Assembly (NCBI GenBank): GCA_951406725.2
Contig: OX597837.1
Span: forward strand, 14,384,001 to 14,448,000
DNA from: Octopus vulgaris
Taxonomy: Eukaryota
Direction: 5' to 3'
Length of the DNA: 64,000 nucleotides
Part shown: in pieces, positions 43,741-59,006 of the stretch
Layout: each line of letters opens with the position of its first letter
Numbering within the stretch: the stretch's first letter is position 1
The notes under the pieces: model-generated
Told to the model about the DNA's origin: nothing
What the model saw: only the letters and a program-made list of their open reading frames with translations
Database searches by the model: none
Program-made: the position numbers and the translations under genes

Positions 43741-44583
43741 GTGTGGTGTTGGAAAGGGTGGGAAGATATAGCTTCATAGTATTGCAGCTCAAAATATGTT
43801 AGAATGGAACACACACACATACACACACAAACAAACAAGCATACATAAGTAGATATATGACTCGGTGTGTGTGTGTGTGTGTGTGTTGGAGTGTGTGAAA
43901 TATCCGAGGGGGGCTGTTCATTTGTGGCAACAGCCGGATAGCTTGAATGCAATATAAGGAGAGGAAAAAAGAAAGAGAAAAAATGTGCCTGGCCAAAAGC
44001 GAGAACGAGGCAACCAATCAGAGAGCTTGCTCGCAACAACCACGCTCCTAGCTTATTCAATGATTCTACATAATTGAGAAAATTCTACACACAGCCGCAT
44101 ATACACACACATACACACAACAACAACAACACACGCCCATAAACACACTCTCAAATACACATACACACATATACACACACTACACATCTACACATAATCT
44201 CTCCCACGCAGGGATACACACATAAACACGCGTGTACACTGTACATTATACATACATACATACATATATATATATACACACATATATGCAGTCATAGATG
44301 TATGCACAAACAACCTGTGCACAGTATGACACACACATCGAACATACATGATGAACACAGACAGACGTATATACATACATTGAACAACACATAGTATACA
44401 CTCGTATTTATACACTTGATGTATGCAACATCGAAAATACACACATCTATGTATGTACCTCTGTATGTATGCACGAATGTATGCATGTATGTATAGCTGC
44501 GTACATAAGCACTCGTACATAAATACACATCTGTTGGGTGAACCAAACCATGTATGTACATATATGCAGGCATCCATACATAC

Positions 44584-44679
<96 letters not shown>

Positions 44680-45329
44680 CATACATACATACATACATAC
44701 ATACATACATACATACATACATACATACATACATACATACATACATACATACATACATACATACATACATACACACATATGCATATATATACATATATAT
44801 ACATATATATATGTATGCATGTACGTACACAGGGTGGTGTATATTATATACACCCAAGATGTACAATCACCCACGCAGGTAAACACATCTGAAAACACCT
44901 GTGTGCTTAATAAAACAGTTTAATAGCTCATCAACACGCAAAGATACACACACTGTCATTATATATGCAGGTAGATATAATATATACATACATATGTACG
45001 TGTGTTTGTGTGTGTGTTTTAGATTAATAACCAATATGTTTCGCATTAACGCGCATATATATATATATATATTTATTTATTTATTTATATACACACACAC
45101 ACACTGGTCTGCTGGTGTTTCACAGTTCTGTGTTGTCTTAGAAATGGCCTGCACAGATACCGTTTTGTTTGTATAACTGTAGTGTAGAATACCTGTACAG
45201 GTGGTTGCTGCAATTTCATAACACAATAAACCTATGTTGTGTGTGAGTCAATGTGTCTTCGCATGCGCGCGCTCATGCGTGTGTGTGTGTTTGGGTTTAC
45301 GCATACATAGACACGCACATAATTGAGGC

Positions 45330-45388
<59 letters not shown>

Positions 45389-45687
45389 CCTGTGTGTATA
45401 TACCTGTATATATATACCTGTGTGTATATACCTGTATATATATACCTGTGTGTATATACCTGTATATATATACCTGTGTGTATATACCTGTATATATATA
45501 TACCTGTGTGCATATACCTATATATATATACATGTAAGTATATATATATTCGTATATATGTATATATGCATGTGTGTACGTGTACACACACACATACACA
45601 CGCACTGTGTGTGTGAGTGTACGTATGTATGTATTTATATATACACGTATGTATGCATATACATAACTATTAACTTTAACAGGCTCG

Positions 45688-45782
45688 ACGTTGACAGTGA
45701 CTTCGAATTTCCGAGTTGCTTGCCTTCGTCAGACTGTCTGATGAAGGCGAACAAGTCGAACATTCGAACTCCCTGTCAACGT
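45688..45782. repeat. Imperfect 95-bp palindrome (47-bp arms, 39/47 matching, centre 45735) containing hammerhead-like motifs on both strands
   Basis: Hand alignment of the right arm to the reverse complement of the left arm, without gaps. Confidence 0.85.
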
Positions 45783-45877
45783 TTGATTTTGTAGCTTAAC
45801 TTACTATTGAGCAGAAATAGTTCAGTTTCAATAAAGTTTTCCGTGCATAAAAACAAAACAAAGTGCGTGTGTGTATG

Positions 45878-46250
45878 GAGAGAAAGGAGGGAGAGAGAGA
45901 GGGAGAGAGAGAGAAGGAGAGAGAGAGAGAATGAAGGAGAGAGAGAGAGTGAGAATGAAGGAGAGAAAGAGAGCGAGAATGAAGGAGAGAAAGAGAGAGA
46001 GTGTGAGAGCGAGAAAGAGAGACAGAGAGCGAGCAAGAAAGAGCGAGAGAGAATGAAGGAGAGAGAGAGAGAATGAAGGAGAGAGAGTGAGAATGAAGGA
46101 GAGAGAGAGCAAGAGAGAGACAGGGAGAGAGAGAGAGCGAGAGAGAGAATGAAGGAGAGAGAGAGTGAGAGAGAGAATGAAAGAGAGAGAGAATGAAGGA
46201 GAGAGAGAGAGACAGAGAGCAAGAGAGAGCGAGAGGGAGAGAGAGAAGCA
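45878..46250 (+). repeat. GA-rich minisatellite (gagagaatgaaggagaga units)
   Basis: Directly visible. Confidence 0.9.
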
Positions 46251-46528
46251 CTATTCTGATCTGGGTCAGCCAGAATGTGTCGGTATCCTGATATCGTTGT
46301 TCCCATGGACGCCCTCCCACCCCCACCAGCTTGTTGCTTGGCGAATGCCTACACTGTGAACAATGCTTGGGAAACATAAAAGAAAGCAGACAGGTCGGAA
46401 CGGCAACCTTAAAGACGAGGGATTCCCCCGTCAGAAGCCGCCGTGTGTCTCCCCCAAACACGCTCGAAATAGCGCTGCACATCCACACGGCTTATAACCT
46501 TTGCAAACGTGTGCGTACATGGCTTTAA

Positions 46529-46632
<104 letters not shown>

Positions 46633-47334
46633 ATGTTGGTTATGGTGTGTGTGTGTGTGTGTGTGCATGTTGGTAATGGTGTGTGTGTGTGTGTGCATGT
46701 TGGTTATGGTGTGTGTGTGTGTGTGTGTGCATGTTGGTTATGGTTTGTGTGTGTGTGTGTGTGTGTGTATGGATGTGCTTGTGTCATCATCGTTTAATCG
46801 GGTTTCGGGAATATAACACAAAAAGCTCGTGATCACCTGCCAATGAGTGTGTGTGCATCTATACCTGTGTGTGTATATATATATAAATATATATATGTAT
46901 GTATGTGCTTTAGTATACGTATGTGTGTGTGTGTGTACTTGTTTGTATGTATGCATGTATGAATGTGCATTCGTATATATTTGTGTGTGTGTGCGTGCGT
47001 GCGTAGATTTCTTTTCCCACCTGGCAAAATGATTAACCATACACCTTCCGGATCTTTAGGTTGTAGGTTCAAATTCCGCCAATATCGATTTGCCTGTTAA
47101 CCTTTTTTAGGACTCGATAAATACGAGTGCATGTTGAGCACTGGTGAAGGGGGAGGGTCGATCTACCCCCCCACCTAACCGCATATCTACCCTCTCTACC
47201 CCCTGGCGCCACCCCAGGAAACATTTCTGTCTTTTGTGCCAAGAGTTGAAAAAGAACCATTTATTACAGAAATCAGAGTTGCTTTCTCTCGTTTCTGCTA
47301 TTTTTGCCAAAATGTGCCAATGAAGCAATATTTA

Positions 47335-47385
47335 CACACACATACATACATACATACGTACACACATACATACATTCACACATAC

Positions 47386-47416
<31 letters not shown>

Positions 47417-47482
47417 CATACATACATACATACATACACACATACATACATACATACATACATACATACATACATACATACA

Positions 47483-47516
<34 letters not shown>

Positions 47517-47925
47517 CATACATACATACATGTATACATACATATATACACATACATATATACATACCTGCATTCATGCATGCACACATAAATACAGACA
47601 TACATACATACATATACACACATACATACATACATACGCGCATATATACATGTATACATACACACATACATACATACATACATACATACATACCTGCATA
47701 CATACACATACATACATATATACTTGCATACACACATACACACATACATACACACATACATATACACCTACACATACATACACACATACCTGCATACACA
47801 TATACACACATACGTACATACACACATACATACACACCTACACATACATACATACATACACACATACACACATGCATACATACATACGCACACATACACA
47901 CACACAAGCATATATACATACATAT
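47335..47925 (+). repeat. (TACA)n/(CA)n complex array
   Basis: Directly visible. Confidence 0.95.
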
Positions 47926-48707
47926 AACAGATAGCTAAGCTGATAGAAAGGTAGATACACACACTTAAACATGCTGACACAAATATATATTCATGTGTGA
48001 GTGTGTGTGCATATAAAGATATGTATGTGCTTTCGTGTGTGTACGTATATGTATGCACCTTTGTGTGTGTGTGTGAGTGTGTGTGTGTGTGTATACATAA
48101 ATGTATGTGTGCGTGTATGAGTGTATATATGAATGGATGCACTCACGCTGCATCACCCACAAACACACAAACACAATATATATATATATATATATACACA
48201 CACAAATACGTACACACACACATATATATACATATATACAAATACAAATACACATACACGCACACACACACACACACATATATATATATGCACACCTGTG
48301 TGTGTGTGTGTGTGAGAAGAAGAGCAAGAGGGATAGCAAGCGTGTCATATGAGAGAGACGTGGTTGCGTACATCATAATTTATTCAAACGGTAAATTGCT
48401 TCCACACCATTTACGGTAGTTTCACCTCTTCCGAACCAATTCCACGCACACTGTCACACGTGTGGGTCTTCATATACACACCTTTTAGTGCTGCGGCTTG
48501 CATAAGCGTAGAATATGCATATATACATACATACATACATATATATATGTATATATATATTATTTCTGCATACATATTCTTTCACGGTTGCAAGCGCACA
48601 GGCGCACAGGTGCACTTACAAACGGTCTTGCGTGCACACTCTCACGCACGCATACATGCACACTTCCCATCTCTCTCTCTCTCTCTCGTTCTCACTCTCA
48701 CTCTGAC

Positions 48708-48744
<37 letters not shown>

Positions 48745-49082
48745 TGCATTTATGTATGTTTATGTAAACATATATACATCCACGTATGTATGTATGTATG
48801 TATGTATGTATGTATGTATGTATGTATGTATGTATGTATGTATGTATGTATGTATGTATGTATGTTTGTATGAATGTATGCGTGTGCATGTATATATATA
48901 TATGTATATATATATGTGTGTGTGTGTGTGTGTATATGGATATATATACAAGTATAAACTTATATAATGTAAACATCCCCCACATATATATATATGCACA
49001 CATACATACATACCTATATAAACATGTATATACATATATATAAACATGTATATATAAACGTATATATATATATAAACATATG

Positions 49083-49127
<45 letters not shown>

Positions 49128-49253
49128 GCGTCTATGATTATATATATAAATATAAACTTGTATGTGCGTATGTCTTTGTGTGTGTATCTATATATATATG
49201 TAAATTTATGGGTGAACTAGTATATAACCACATATAAACAAATTTACATAGTT

Positions 49254-49332
<79 letters not shown>

Positions 49333-49919
49333 GTGCATGTATGTATGTATGTAGGTATGTATGTATGTATGTGTGTATGTATGTATGTATGTATGTATGT
49401 ATGTATGTATGTATGTATGTATGTATGTATGTATGTATGTATGTATGTATGTTTGTATGCATGTATGTATGCACATGGGTAGATAGACTGATAATCAACA
49501 CAAATCATGCCCTCGTGTTGTGCGCACCTGCATATATTTCCAAGTATTATTCGAGGGTTTTCCCGAGAGCAATGCAAAAGTGGACATATCTGTTTGTCCA
49601 TTTTTATTAACAATTATAACTCGTTCAATTTGCCCATGTTCGTAGAATGCCTCTTCCGCTGTAGCATCTCTGCTACCTGTTCTTCATTTGGTGTACCCCG
49701 GTCACTTGGTGACCTCTTGACCCTATATAAATTAGTACCCAAACATATACAGATGAGGTGTTGGAGCAGTTGTAGTCTATTGAACTGAATATACTAATGG
49801 TGAGATAAAATGCAATGTCGAAATTGTCTGGCAGGATTTGAACTTGGTCATTAAGCAATGAAATGAATTGCTGCCCAACGCGGTACCATCTGATCCACCC
49901 GAACAGATCTGACAATAAT

Positions 49920-50135
49920 ATCCTTTCTACTAAAGACACAAGGCTTGAAATCTTGTGGGAGGGTGCTAGTCGATCATATCGACTCCAATGTTTCACTGGT
50001 ACTTAATTCATCGACCCCGAAAGGATGAAATGCAAAGTCGACCTCGGCGGAATTTGAACTCAGAACGTAACGACGAATGAAATACTGCTAAGCATTTTGC
50101 CCGGCGTGCTAACGGCTGTGCCAACTCGACGCCTT
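49920..50135 (-). mobile_element. tRNA-derived SINE with Nin-like domain
   Basis: tcgaccccgaaaggatgaaatgcaaagtcgacctcggcggaatttgaactcagaacg...ccggcgtgctaacg. Confidence 0.85.
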
Positions 50136-51918
50136 AATATCACAATAAATTGTTTTTAGATAATTATAACAATAACGGTTTCAAATTTTGGTACCAGACC
50201 AGTTAATTTAGAGAGTGGGAAAATAAAGTGCAGGATTACATATTTAATGATTTAAGTTTGCATGTTTTGGAAATAACTAAGGATTGAATTTAAACAAAGT
50301 TTCATGTTATATATTTGGTAAGATTTATAAAATTCGTTGATTAGTTATCATTATTTGTGTTCAAGCAGCATTTTAAAAGAAGCAAATCTATTTTATAAAG
50401 CTTTCCTCAGCAAACGAATTTGCTAGCATATCAGGGAAGAGCTTATTACAAACAGGAAACCAACGACACGGAAATAACAGCTAACGTAAGGGTAAAATGG
50501 CTGCGAGTGTTAGAAAAATAGAAGGCAAAATCAAAATAGTTTTCAGAAAGCTACTGGAGAAAAAATGCGGTGAGAGAGACGACGCCATGATGAATATCTC
50601 GAAAGGCACGACAGCGAGGAAGTGAAACAGTGTGGCAATGTGGACAATGGCACAAAAGTGCGAAGCTAAAGCATAACCAGAATCTCTGAGACAAGCTGCA
50701 CAGGACCAGTGCCAGCATCAAGTGTAGGCTGTAGAACGAGTACAATGCGGCGGCGGACGGCATATTTTCTGGCTGCCCAATCCTTGCCAAACCCGGACAC
50801 GTACACAGATACGATTGGGTCGGTAGCTATGTTCTCTGAGTTATAGGTCAATGGTTATATATGAAAACGGACAAGAAACAGTAAATGACTAGCAACTAGT
50901 GACCATCACCCAAGGCCGTGCCTATCCAAACTCTCGTGCATAACAATCCAGATAAAGTGATCAAGGATAAGAGAGAAAACATAAGACGCTGAGAAACATT
51001 GCAATCCCGTCTGAGCAAAGAATTTCATGAAAGGAAGTGAAGCAGTTTTCCATATCAGAGTCTTGGAAAAAGTTTGGTTGTGGAAGTGCAGTCAGCCGAA
51101 AACTCCGCAGACCGGATGCCAGAAGGTTCCAGGGATCATCAGGAGAGAATGGGCATCTTTCCGGGGCCTTTTTCTTGACGGCTTTACAAAGCACCGCCCT
51201 CCCCACTCACTGGTGTGAGAACCCCACCAGCTGATCCCGACTGACTGGTATTTAATCTCGAGTCCATTTCGGGATCATCACTTCTCCAGTCAGGTTTCAT
51301 CATTCTTAGATAATCCCTAAATTGAAAAACAAGAAATATATAGCGTGAATGTAAAACAAAAACAGTCATTGTAATAATAACTGTGCTAAGTGTAATAGAA
51401 GTACCAAAAGTAATAAAAATGGTTATATTACCAAAAACATAGACTCACAGCGTTACTCGGAGTCGAAAACGTGACTCTGCTTGGTGGTACATCCCTTATT
51501 CTTCGAATGGCATTTTCAGTTTAATAATTCAACTCAAAGCAGCATAGACATTGCACACAGCGTATCCCCCAACGATATGATGCAACCCACATAACCGATA
51601 TCGGTACGGAAACACCAACAACCCACCCTTATTCCACATAGCTCCAACCCATTAATGGTATGCAAGCCACGCGTCAAATATTATATGCAGCAAATGTTTA
51701 CCCCTGGAGCAGATGACAGCAACTATAAAACACTGCGCTGACTTTACACGAGAGGAGAAATGATTAAATATCACCAGAAACAACATGCCGAACCACGCTG
51801 CAAAAGCAAAACGGATGCAATATAGTAACAAGGTCTACATCTTAAGGCTACATACAGTTTAGGGGCACGGAGATGCACTTAATGATGCAGTAGAAATCCA
51901 CATGGACATGTAGTAATA

Positions 51919-51972
<54 letters not shown>

Positions 51973-53042
51973 TAATAATAATAATAATCCTTTCTACGAT
52001 AGGCACAAGGCCTGGAAGTTGGAGGGAGGGGGAGAGTCGATTACATCGACCCCAGAGTTTGACTGGTATCCAAAAGGAGAAAAGGTAAAGTTGAAATACT
52101 GCTAAACATTTTGTCCGTGTTATATGTATTTCTGTTCTTTTTCTTTCTTTTTTTTAGACTTGTTGAACTTTTACCTTTAAGGAAGCTTTCTGAAAAGGAA
52201 ATTTAGATCCAATACTGCAATCCGTTTAACAAAGACAATAAGTACTACGTGTTCAAGTTTCAAAATAATAATAATAATAATAATAATAAAATAAAAGCTT
52301 TTCTTGTATATTTTTACGATTCCGCTTACAAACTATATTTGTAAAATGTTACCTGATCACTTTCAGTCTCGAAATGCCCGGCTTTTCGAGATTGTTACTT
52401 ATATATTTACTTAAAAGGGCGTCTGCATCAAGAATTATTGTCGTAGATACGAATTTCTAATCAAGAATTATTGTCGTAGATACGATTTTATAATCAAGCA
52501 ACAGTTTTGAAGCAGCTGCCAATAACCGTTCTCTTTCTTTCTGATCTTAGAAGACTTGTTCGTTGTACACGACTTTTGCTTTTCTATTCTCAACAACTAC
52601 ACCAGGTCTGTTATATACGAACTTGGAGATGTTTCGATGGGAATAGATATGTGTGCATTCAATAACAGGATCCTTGTATATAGTCCCTCTCGAGCAGCCG
52701 TTCCTACAGATGTCAATATATTCGTTTTAGCAACAACGTCATACTTTGATGATGTTTCTCAGAAGCTAAGATCACATGTCTAATATCTTCCTCAGGAATG
52801 TGACGTAGTCAACATTCTTCGGTTTGTGTGTTGGAGATTTTAAATGTTTCACTGTCTCTTTTGTTCGTGAGATGCCTTGTGGCCATCTTTTGTGTTGCTC
52901 ATATTTGCAAACTCTGAGTACGACTTGTATATTGTGTCGTAATGATGTAAGGCTCACTTATTGAATATACTAGAATCCCGTATAACAACAATATAGCATT
53001 GGAAAAGCGCTCAACTCACTAGATACATACAGGGTATATAAA

Positions 53043-53280
53043 AGGCGGCGAGGAGCTGGCAGAATCGTTAGCACGCCGGGCGAAATGCTTAGCGGTATTT
53101 CGTCTGTCGTTACGTTCTGAGTTCAAATTCCGCCGAGGTCGACTTTGCCTTTCATCCTTTCGGGGTCGATAAATTAAGTACCAGTTACGCACTGGGGTCG
53201 ATGTAATCGACTTAATACCTATGTCTGTCCTTGTTTGTCCCCTCTGTGTTTAGCCCCTTGTGGGTAATAAAAAAATAGAT
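53043..53280 (+). mobile_element. Full-length tRNA-derived SINE with Nin-like central domain and probable 8-bp TSD (tatataaa)
   Basis: A-box-like tggcagaatcg, B-box gagttcaaattcc, gtcgactttgcctttcatcctttcggggtcgataaattaagtacca domain, A-rich tail. Confidence 0.9.
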
Positions 53281-53519
53281 ATATAAATAGAGGGCAATTT
53301 TTGCAGTGTTTGTATTGTCAAAAGATTGCGGTCAACTGATTTGAGTTCAATTACCTCCCTTGATTGTTGTCTATAGATTTTAAACATCCTTTGTATGATA
53401 GACGCTAAAGTCTCATCTCTAAGCTTGTTAGAAATAGGGGCTAAATCTTCTTTAAACCACTTTTTATATTCCCAAGGAAAAAATAACGCATCGAAAAAAG
53501 GCCAGATTAGTGCAATCAT

Positions 53520-53900
53520 CTTATTTATCATGACGGATTACTTAAATTTGATACTTTTGGTACTTCTCGGCTTTGCATAATTGACATGGTGTTGCTCCGT
53601 ACATATAAACTAAGAGTTGTTTGGTTGTTGTGCATTAGACATTGCAGTCGTTTAAAAATAGGTTTTTCAGCTTCCATACATGTTCTGACAGAACTGTGCC
53701 GTTTATTTTTGATTTATTCGTAATGGTGGACAGGTGGTTTGGAAATGATTCCTGAAGCTGTGTTTACACTTAACGACATAATTCTCTCCATTTATTTTTA
53801 CTATTCACTTGAGATGTTATCACTGTTCTAATTACAATTGCATCAAATTTTGTCAGGGTAGATTTTACCTTTTATGCTTCAATGATGATATAAGAATCAT
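53520..53900 (-). mobile_element. Highly decayed Penelope-like GIY-YIG C-terminal fragment
   Basis: Minus-strand pieces reading T.LSEHVWKLK and PCQLCKAEKY resemble the PLE T.LS.H.W.LK and C.LC..EK motifs. Confidence 0.45.
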
Positions 53901-53910
53901 CTGCAGTGTA

Positions 53911-53986
<76 letters not shown>

Positions 53987-54164
53987 TGTGTAATTTATAT
54001 GGATTTATGTGTGTGTACATATATAGATATATTCACAGTCACATATCTATCTATATATTACATGATGTATGTCTGTATGTCCTTCGAGTGATCTCAACAA
54101 CTGCGAAGCAGACTTACTTGTCATATTTGTTCTGCACTGAGTTAAACAAAACTCCCTGGTTGAT

Positions 54165-55530
54165 AGTTGTAATAGTAGTAGTAGTAGTAGTTGGTGCATA
54201 ACAATAACAGCACCAACTACAACAACGACCATCTCAGCAACATAAGCATCACAACACCAACTGCAGCAACAACAACGATAGCAATGACAGCAGCAAAAAC
54301 AGGAACGGCAGCCGCAATAGGAACAACCGCAGAGAATCAGCAGCAATGACAAAGAACCACAGCAATAGTAGTAACAGCGATTGCAACCGCAGCAGCAGAA
54401 GTACAACAGCAGCAGCAATAACAACAAGAACATCGGAATTTAATCGTAGTGACATCTACAGCAGTAACAACAATAATGATGACAATAACAATGCAACAAT
54501 GACATCATTAGCAACAATCGCAGCAACAGCAGCAGCAATAGCAACAGCAGCAGCAGCAACAACAACAATAATAACAACAACAACAACAACAACAATAGCA
54601 GCAGCAGCAGCAGCAACAAGAACAGCAATAGCAACAGCAACAACAACAACAAGAACAGCAATAGCAGCAACAACAACAGCAACAGCAGCAATAGCAACAG
54701 CAGCAGCAACAACAGTTAGAACGATGATAACGACAGCAGCAACGACAACAATAGCAACAACAACAACAAAAACAAAAACAAAGACAAAAGCATTAGTAGC
54801 ATTAACAACATCAGCACCATCAGCAGCATCAGCAGCATCAAAATGGCCTCAGCAACAGCAGCAATGAAAAATAGCAACACCAAAGACAACAATAACAACA
54901 ACAACATCCTCACCGGAGCTGCAACAGCAGCAACAACAGCAGCAGCAGCAGCCGTGCATTTGACATTAACAGCGACAGCAACATCAGCAACAAACGCAGC
55001 ACAAAACAACAACAACAGCAACAGTTGGAGGAGGAAGAAGAGGAAGAAGTGGATCAGCTGCTGCAATAACACCAACAACAACAACATTGAGAACAAGAAC
55101 AATATATGAAGATATTAGCACCATCATCATCAGCAACAATTGCAGCAGAATCAGCAGTAACAAGATCTGCAGCACCGTCGTCATCACCAGCATCATCATC
55201 GTCACCGTCATCATCATCGTCATCATCATCGTCGTCGTCGTCATTGTCAGCATCGTCAGCATCCTCCACCTCCTCCTCATCACCATCATCATCATCATCA
55301 TCATCATCGTCATCATCATCCTCATCGTCGTCGTCGTCGTCATCCTCCTCCTCCTCATCATCATCATCACCATCGTCATCATCATCATCATCGTCGTCGT
55401 CGTCATTGTCAGCATCCTCCACCTCCTCCTCTTCACCATCATCATCATCATCGTCATCATCATCATCCTCATCATCATCATCGTCATCATCATCATTATC
55501 ATCATCATCGTCGTCGTCGTCGTCGTCATG
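54165..55530. repeat. Mixed trinucleotide low-complexity tract (CAG/CAA followed by CAT/CGT)
   Basis: Directly visible; includes an internal duplication of gtcattgtcagcatc...ctccacctcctcctc. Confidence 0.9.
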
Positions 55531-55959
55531 AACAGCTGTTGGGGAAATAACCCAGAAATAGACAGAAAAAAGACCCGAGACGAAGAAGAAGAAGGAAAGA
55601 AAAGAGAAACAAACCCTGTCAGGTGAGGGAGAGGAAGAGCAATGCTTCCCAGAAGGGGGTTGCCGTGTGTGCGCGCATGTGTGTGCGTGTGTGTTAGGAG
55701 GGGGTGCGGTGAGAGGTAGTGACAGTGTATCTGGCACTGATCCGTGCTATTTATAGAAACATGGAAACATACTGGAGCTACGGATGTGGGTGCGCGTGCG
55801 CAAACACACACACACACACACACAAACACACATATCCATATGACATACAAAAGACAATTACTCACACTCACACACACACACACATACATACACATACATA
55901 TATAAACATTGAAATAGAGATAGACAGGCAGACAGGCAGGTGGGTAAGTTAATTAGAAT

Positions 55960-56051
<92 letters not shown>

Positions 56052-56252
56052 ATATGTTATACCATCGGACAGAGACACAGAAAGCAAGGACAGAGTTGAA
56101 CTCAATACGTGGCGCCAAGTCTATATTGGTATGGTAGCATTTGGGGGGATCCACTCCATTGCAACCTGGGGTTTCCCTCCACACTTAGCACACATGTTGA
56201 TGAGTCAGATCATATTTAGGGAATCCCTAAATATTTTTCTGCTGCACACACG

Positions 56253-56305
<53 letters not shown>

Positions 56306-56414
56306 ACATATACTAGTGTGTGCGATAACTCTGAGAAATAATGGAATGAATCATACTTTGGTGGTTTATAGATGTACATGCGTGTACACACACGTATGTG
56401 AATGTATGTATATG

Positions 56415-56455
<41 letters not shown>

Positions 56456-57060
56456 ATGTATGTATATGCATATGATTGTGTATATGTATATAGACATATA
56501 TCTGTATGTAGAGATATACATGTGCACGTATATATATGTATATATGTATATATGTATATATGTATATATGTATATATATATATATATTCATATGTCTATA
56601 CATATATATGCATGTGCGTTTGTATGTATAACAGTCAATGTGTAAGTGCGTGCGCACATATATATGTGTGTGTATATGTATGTATGTAGGTATGTGTGTA
56701 TGTATTTATGTATGTATGTATGTATGTATGTATGTATGTATGTATGTATGTATGTATGTATGTATGTATATGTATGTATGTATGTATGTGTGTGTGTTCA
56801 TATGTGTATATAATTCTGATAGTATTTGCATCTCTCTCCCATTTCTCTTTCAATGCGTGCGTGTGTGTGTATGTCTGTGTATGTCTGTGTGTGTGTCTGT
56901 GTGTCTGTGTGTGTGTCTGTGTGTGTTGCGCGCGCGCACGCGTGCTTCTGTTGTTTGTGTATTGCACAGTTTAGTCGCACAATAAACAAGGAAGCGAATG
57001 AAAAGAGATGGAAGCCTGAAGAGGAAGGAAGAAAGAAGGAAAGAAAGAAGGAAAGAAGGA

Positions 57061-57111
<51 letters not shown>

Positions 57112-57309
57112 GAAGAAATAAAGAAAGGAAGAAGGAAAGAAAGGAAGAGAGAAAGGTAGAGTAATGTAGGCGAGAAAGTGCCATATGGCACGGTTAGGTT
57201 TCTCTGGCGATGGAAGAGGTTGGAGCGTGAGGATGTGGAGAGGAGCAAGATGGATTCCAAGATAGTCAGGGAAATCACTCGAGAAACACCGAGAATAAAA
57301 GGAGAAAGC

Positions 57310-57357
<48 letters not shown>

Positions 57358-57386
57358 TGATTACTGGGGCGTTTCGTGCGTCATAC

Positions 57387-57400
57387 GTCGCCATGGAAAC
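57387..57400. promoter_or_regulatory. Candidate RFX X-box (gtcgccatggaaac) next to a (GA)n tract
   Basis: Fits the GTYNCYATRGNAAC consensus; no linked transcript can be shown from the sequence. Confidence 0.35.
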
Positions 57401-57591
57401 CGACCAGGACATATGTGGATGCAGGGCCTACAAACGCGCGCGAGCGTGCGCGTGTGTGTGCGTGTGTGTATGCTGCGTGTGTGTGTGCGTGTGAATGGTT
57501 AGATTCAAACAAGTGCGCTTATGTGTGAAGTGCCGCAGCTTGTATGACATGTAATGTATAGGGGTATGCATGTTTGTTGGTATGCACATAC

Positions 57592-57650
<59 letters not shown>

Positions 57651-57656
57651 TATATA

Positions 57657-57759
<103 letters not shown>

Positions 57760-57923
57760 ATATATATATATATATACATATATATGTATGTATATATATA
57801 TATATATATATATATGTAGCATGTATATGTGTAGGTTTATGTCAATGTATTTATAAGCATGTATGTGTGTATTATGTATATGTTTGTATATACATAAATA
57901 CATACCTATATATATATATATAG

Positions 57924-57966
<43 letters not shown>

Positions 57967-58499
57967 CTACATATAAATATATGCATATAAATATAAACAT
58001 ACATATATGCATATATATATATATATATGTGTGTGTGTGTCCCCGCAATGTATGGATGGATGGATGGATCTGTTTGTATATGTGCATATTTGTATCAATG
58101 AATGTATTTATGTACGTGTGTGTGTATGCGCGTGCTTGTGTGTATGTATAAGCGCCGTCTGTCGAGGATGGTAAGGAAACTTCTCTCGTCGCCACGCGGA
58201 CCCGAGTTCAATCCCCGATACGTGGTATCTTGAGCAAGAATCGCTTTCTATATCATCGGATCAGTCCATTCCGGGTGAGTGACTTTGAGGCTGAAAAACT
58301 GCAAAGAAACCTGTCGGGTGGATTGTTGCAGTAATTAAAAAAAAAAAATTAAACTTTGTCCCACCCTGAAAATTGTGTGTTGCGTGGACACTCAACCACT
58401 CAGAAGTAAATTCAAGGGCGGATAATTCACTTGAACGAACAGCTGATTCCTGGTCGCTGAACGACGGAGATCCACCACGTGTGTTTTTGGGCGTGCGTT

Positions 58500-58552
<53 letters not shown>

Positions 58553-58651
58553 CGTTTCTTTGCTGTGCGTTTGCACGCATCTACGGGTCCCTATATGCTT
58601 GTATCTTATCTTGTTTTTAATTAATTATTTGATTTATACCTATAAAATGTG

Positions 58652-58707
<56 letters not shown>

Positions 58708-59006
58708 GAGGACCGGTTGAATAGCCACCAAGATCTCCGGATTTGAGCCCTTTAGATTTTTTCTTGTGGGGACATCTTAAATTAGGGGTGTATGTTAACA
58801 GACCAAGCAACGAATGGTAACATCACACAAGAAATTGAAACTATAAGAGGCAATAACTTTATGCTCAGAAATGCGCAAAGACCATGTTGTCTGCTGAGTA
58901 CGAAAGTGTTTGGGAGAAGGTGGAAATCAGATCGAACACGTATTGTAAACCGTAAATTGTTATATAATAAATTGCTTATGGGTCCAAACTTTTGCCCCAC
59001 GCTGTA
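58708..59006 (+). mobile_element. Tc1/mariner-superfamily transposase 3' fragment and right terminal repeat
   Basis: Reads GPVE*PPRSPDLSPLDFFLWGHLK (canonical WPPRSPDL.P.DFFLWG); ends ...ggtccaaacttttgccccacgctg|TA. Confidence 0.8.

Noticed and set aside
52427-52498. 33-bp tandem duplication within a probable decayed retroelement
   Set aside because: An ordinary local slippage duplication with only two units.
53043-53135. tRNA gene candidate
   Set aside because: The A/B boxes belong to the head of a multi-copy SINE; no cloverleaf.
54346-55895. Poly-D/E, poly-S and T/A-rich ORFs resembling acidic or mucin-like proteins
   Set aside because: Trinucleotide low-complexity sequence open in several frames on both strands, with no convincing splice sites or domain; cannot be supported without transcripts.
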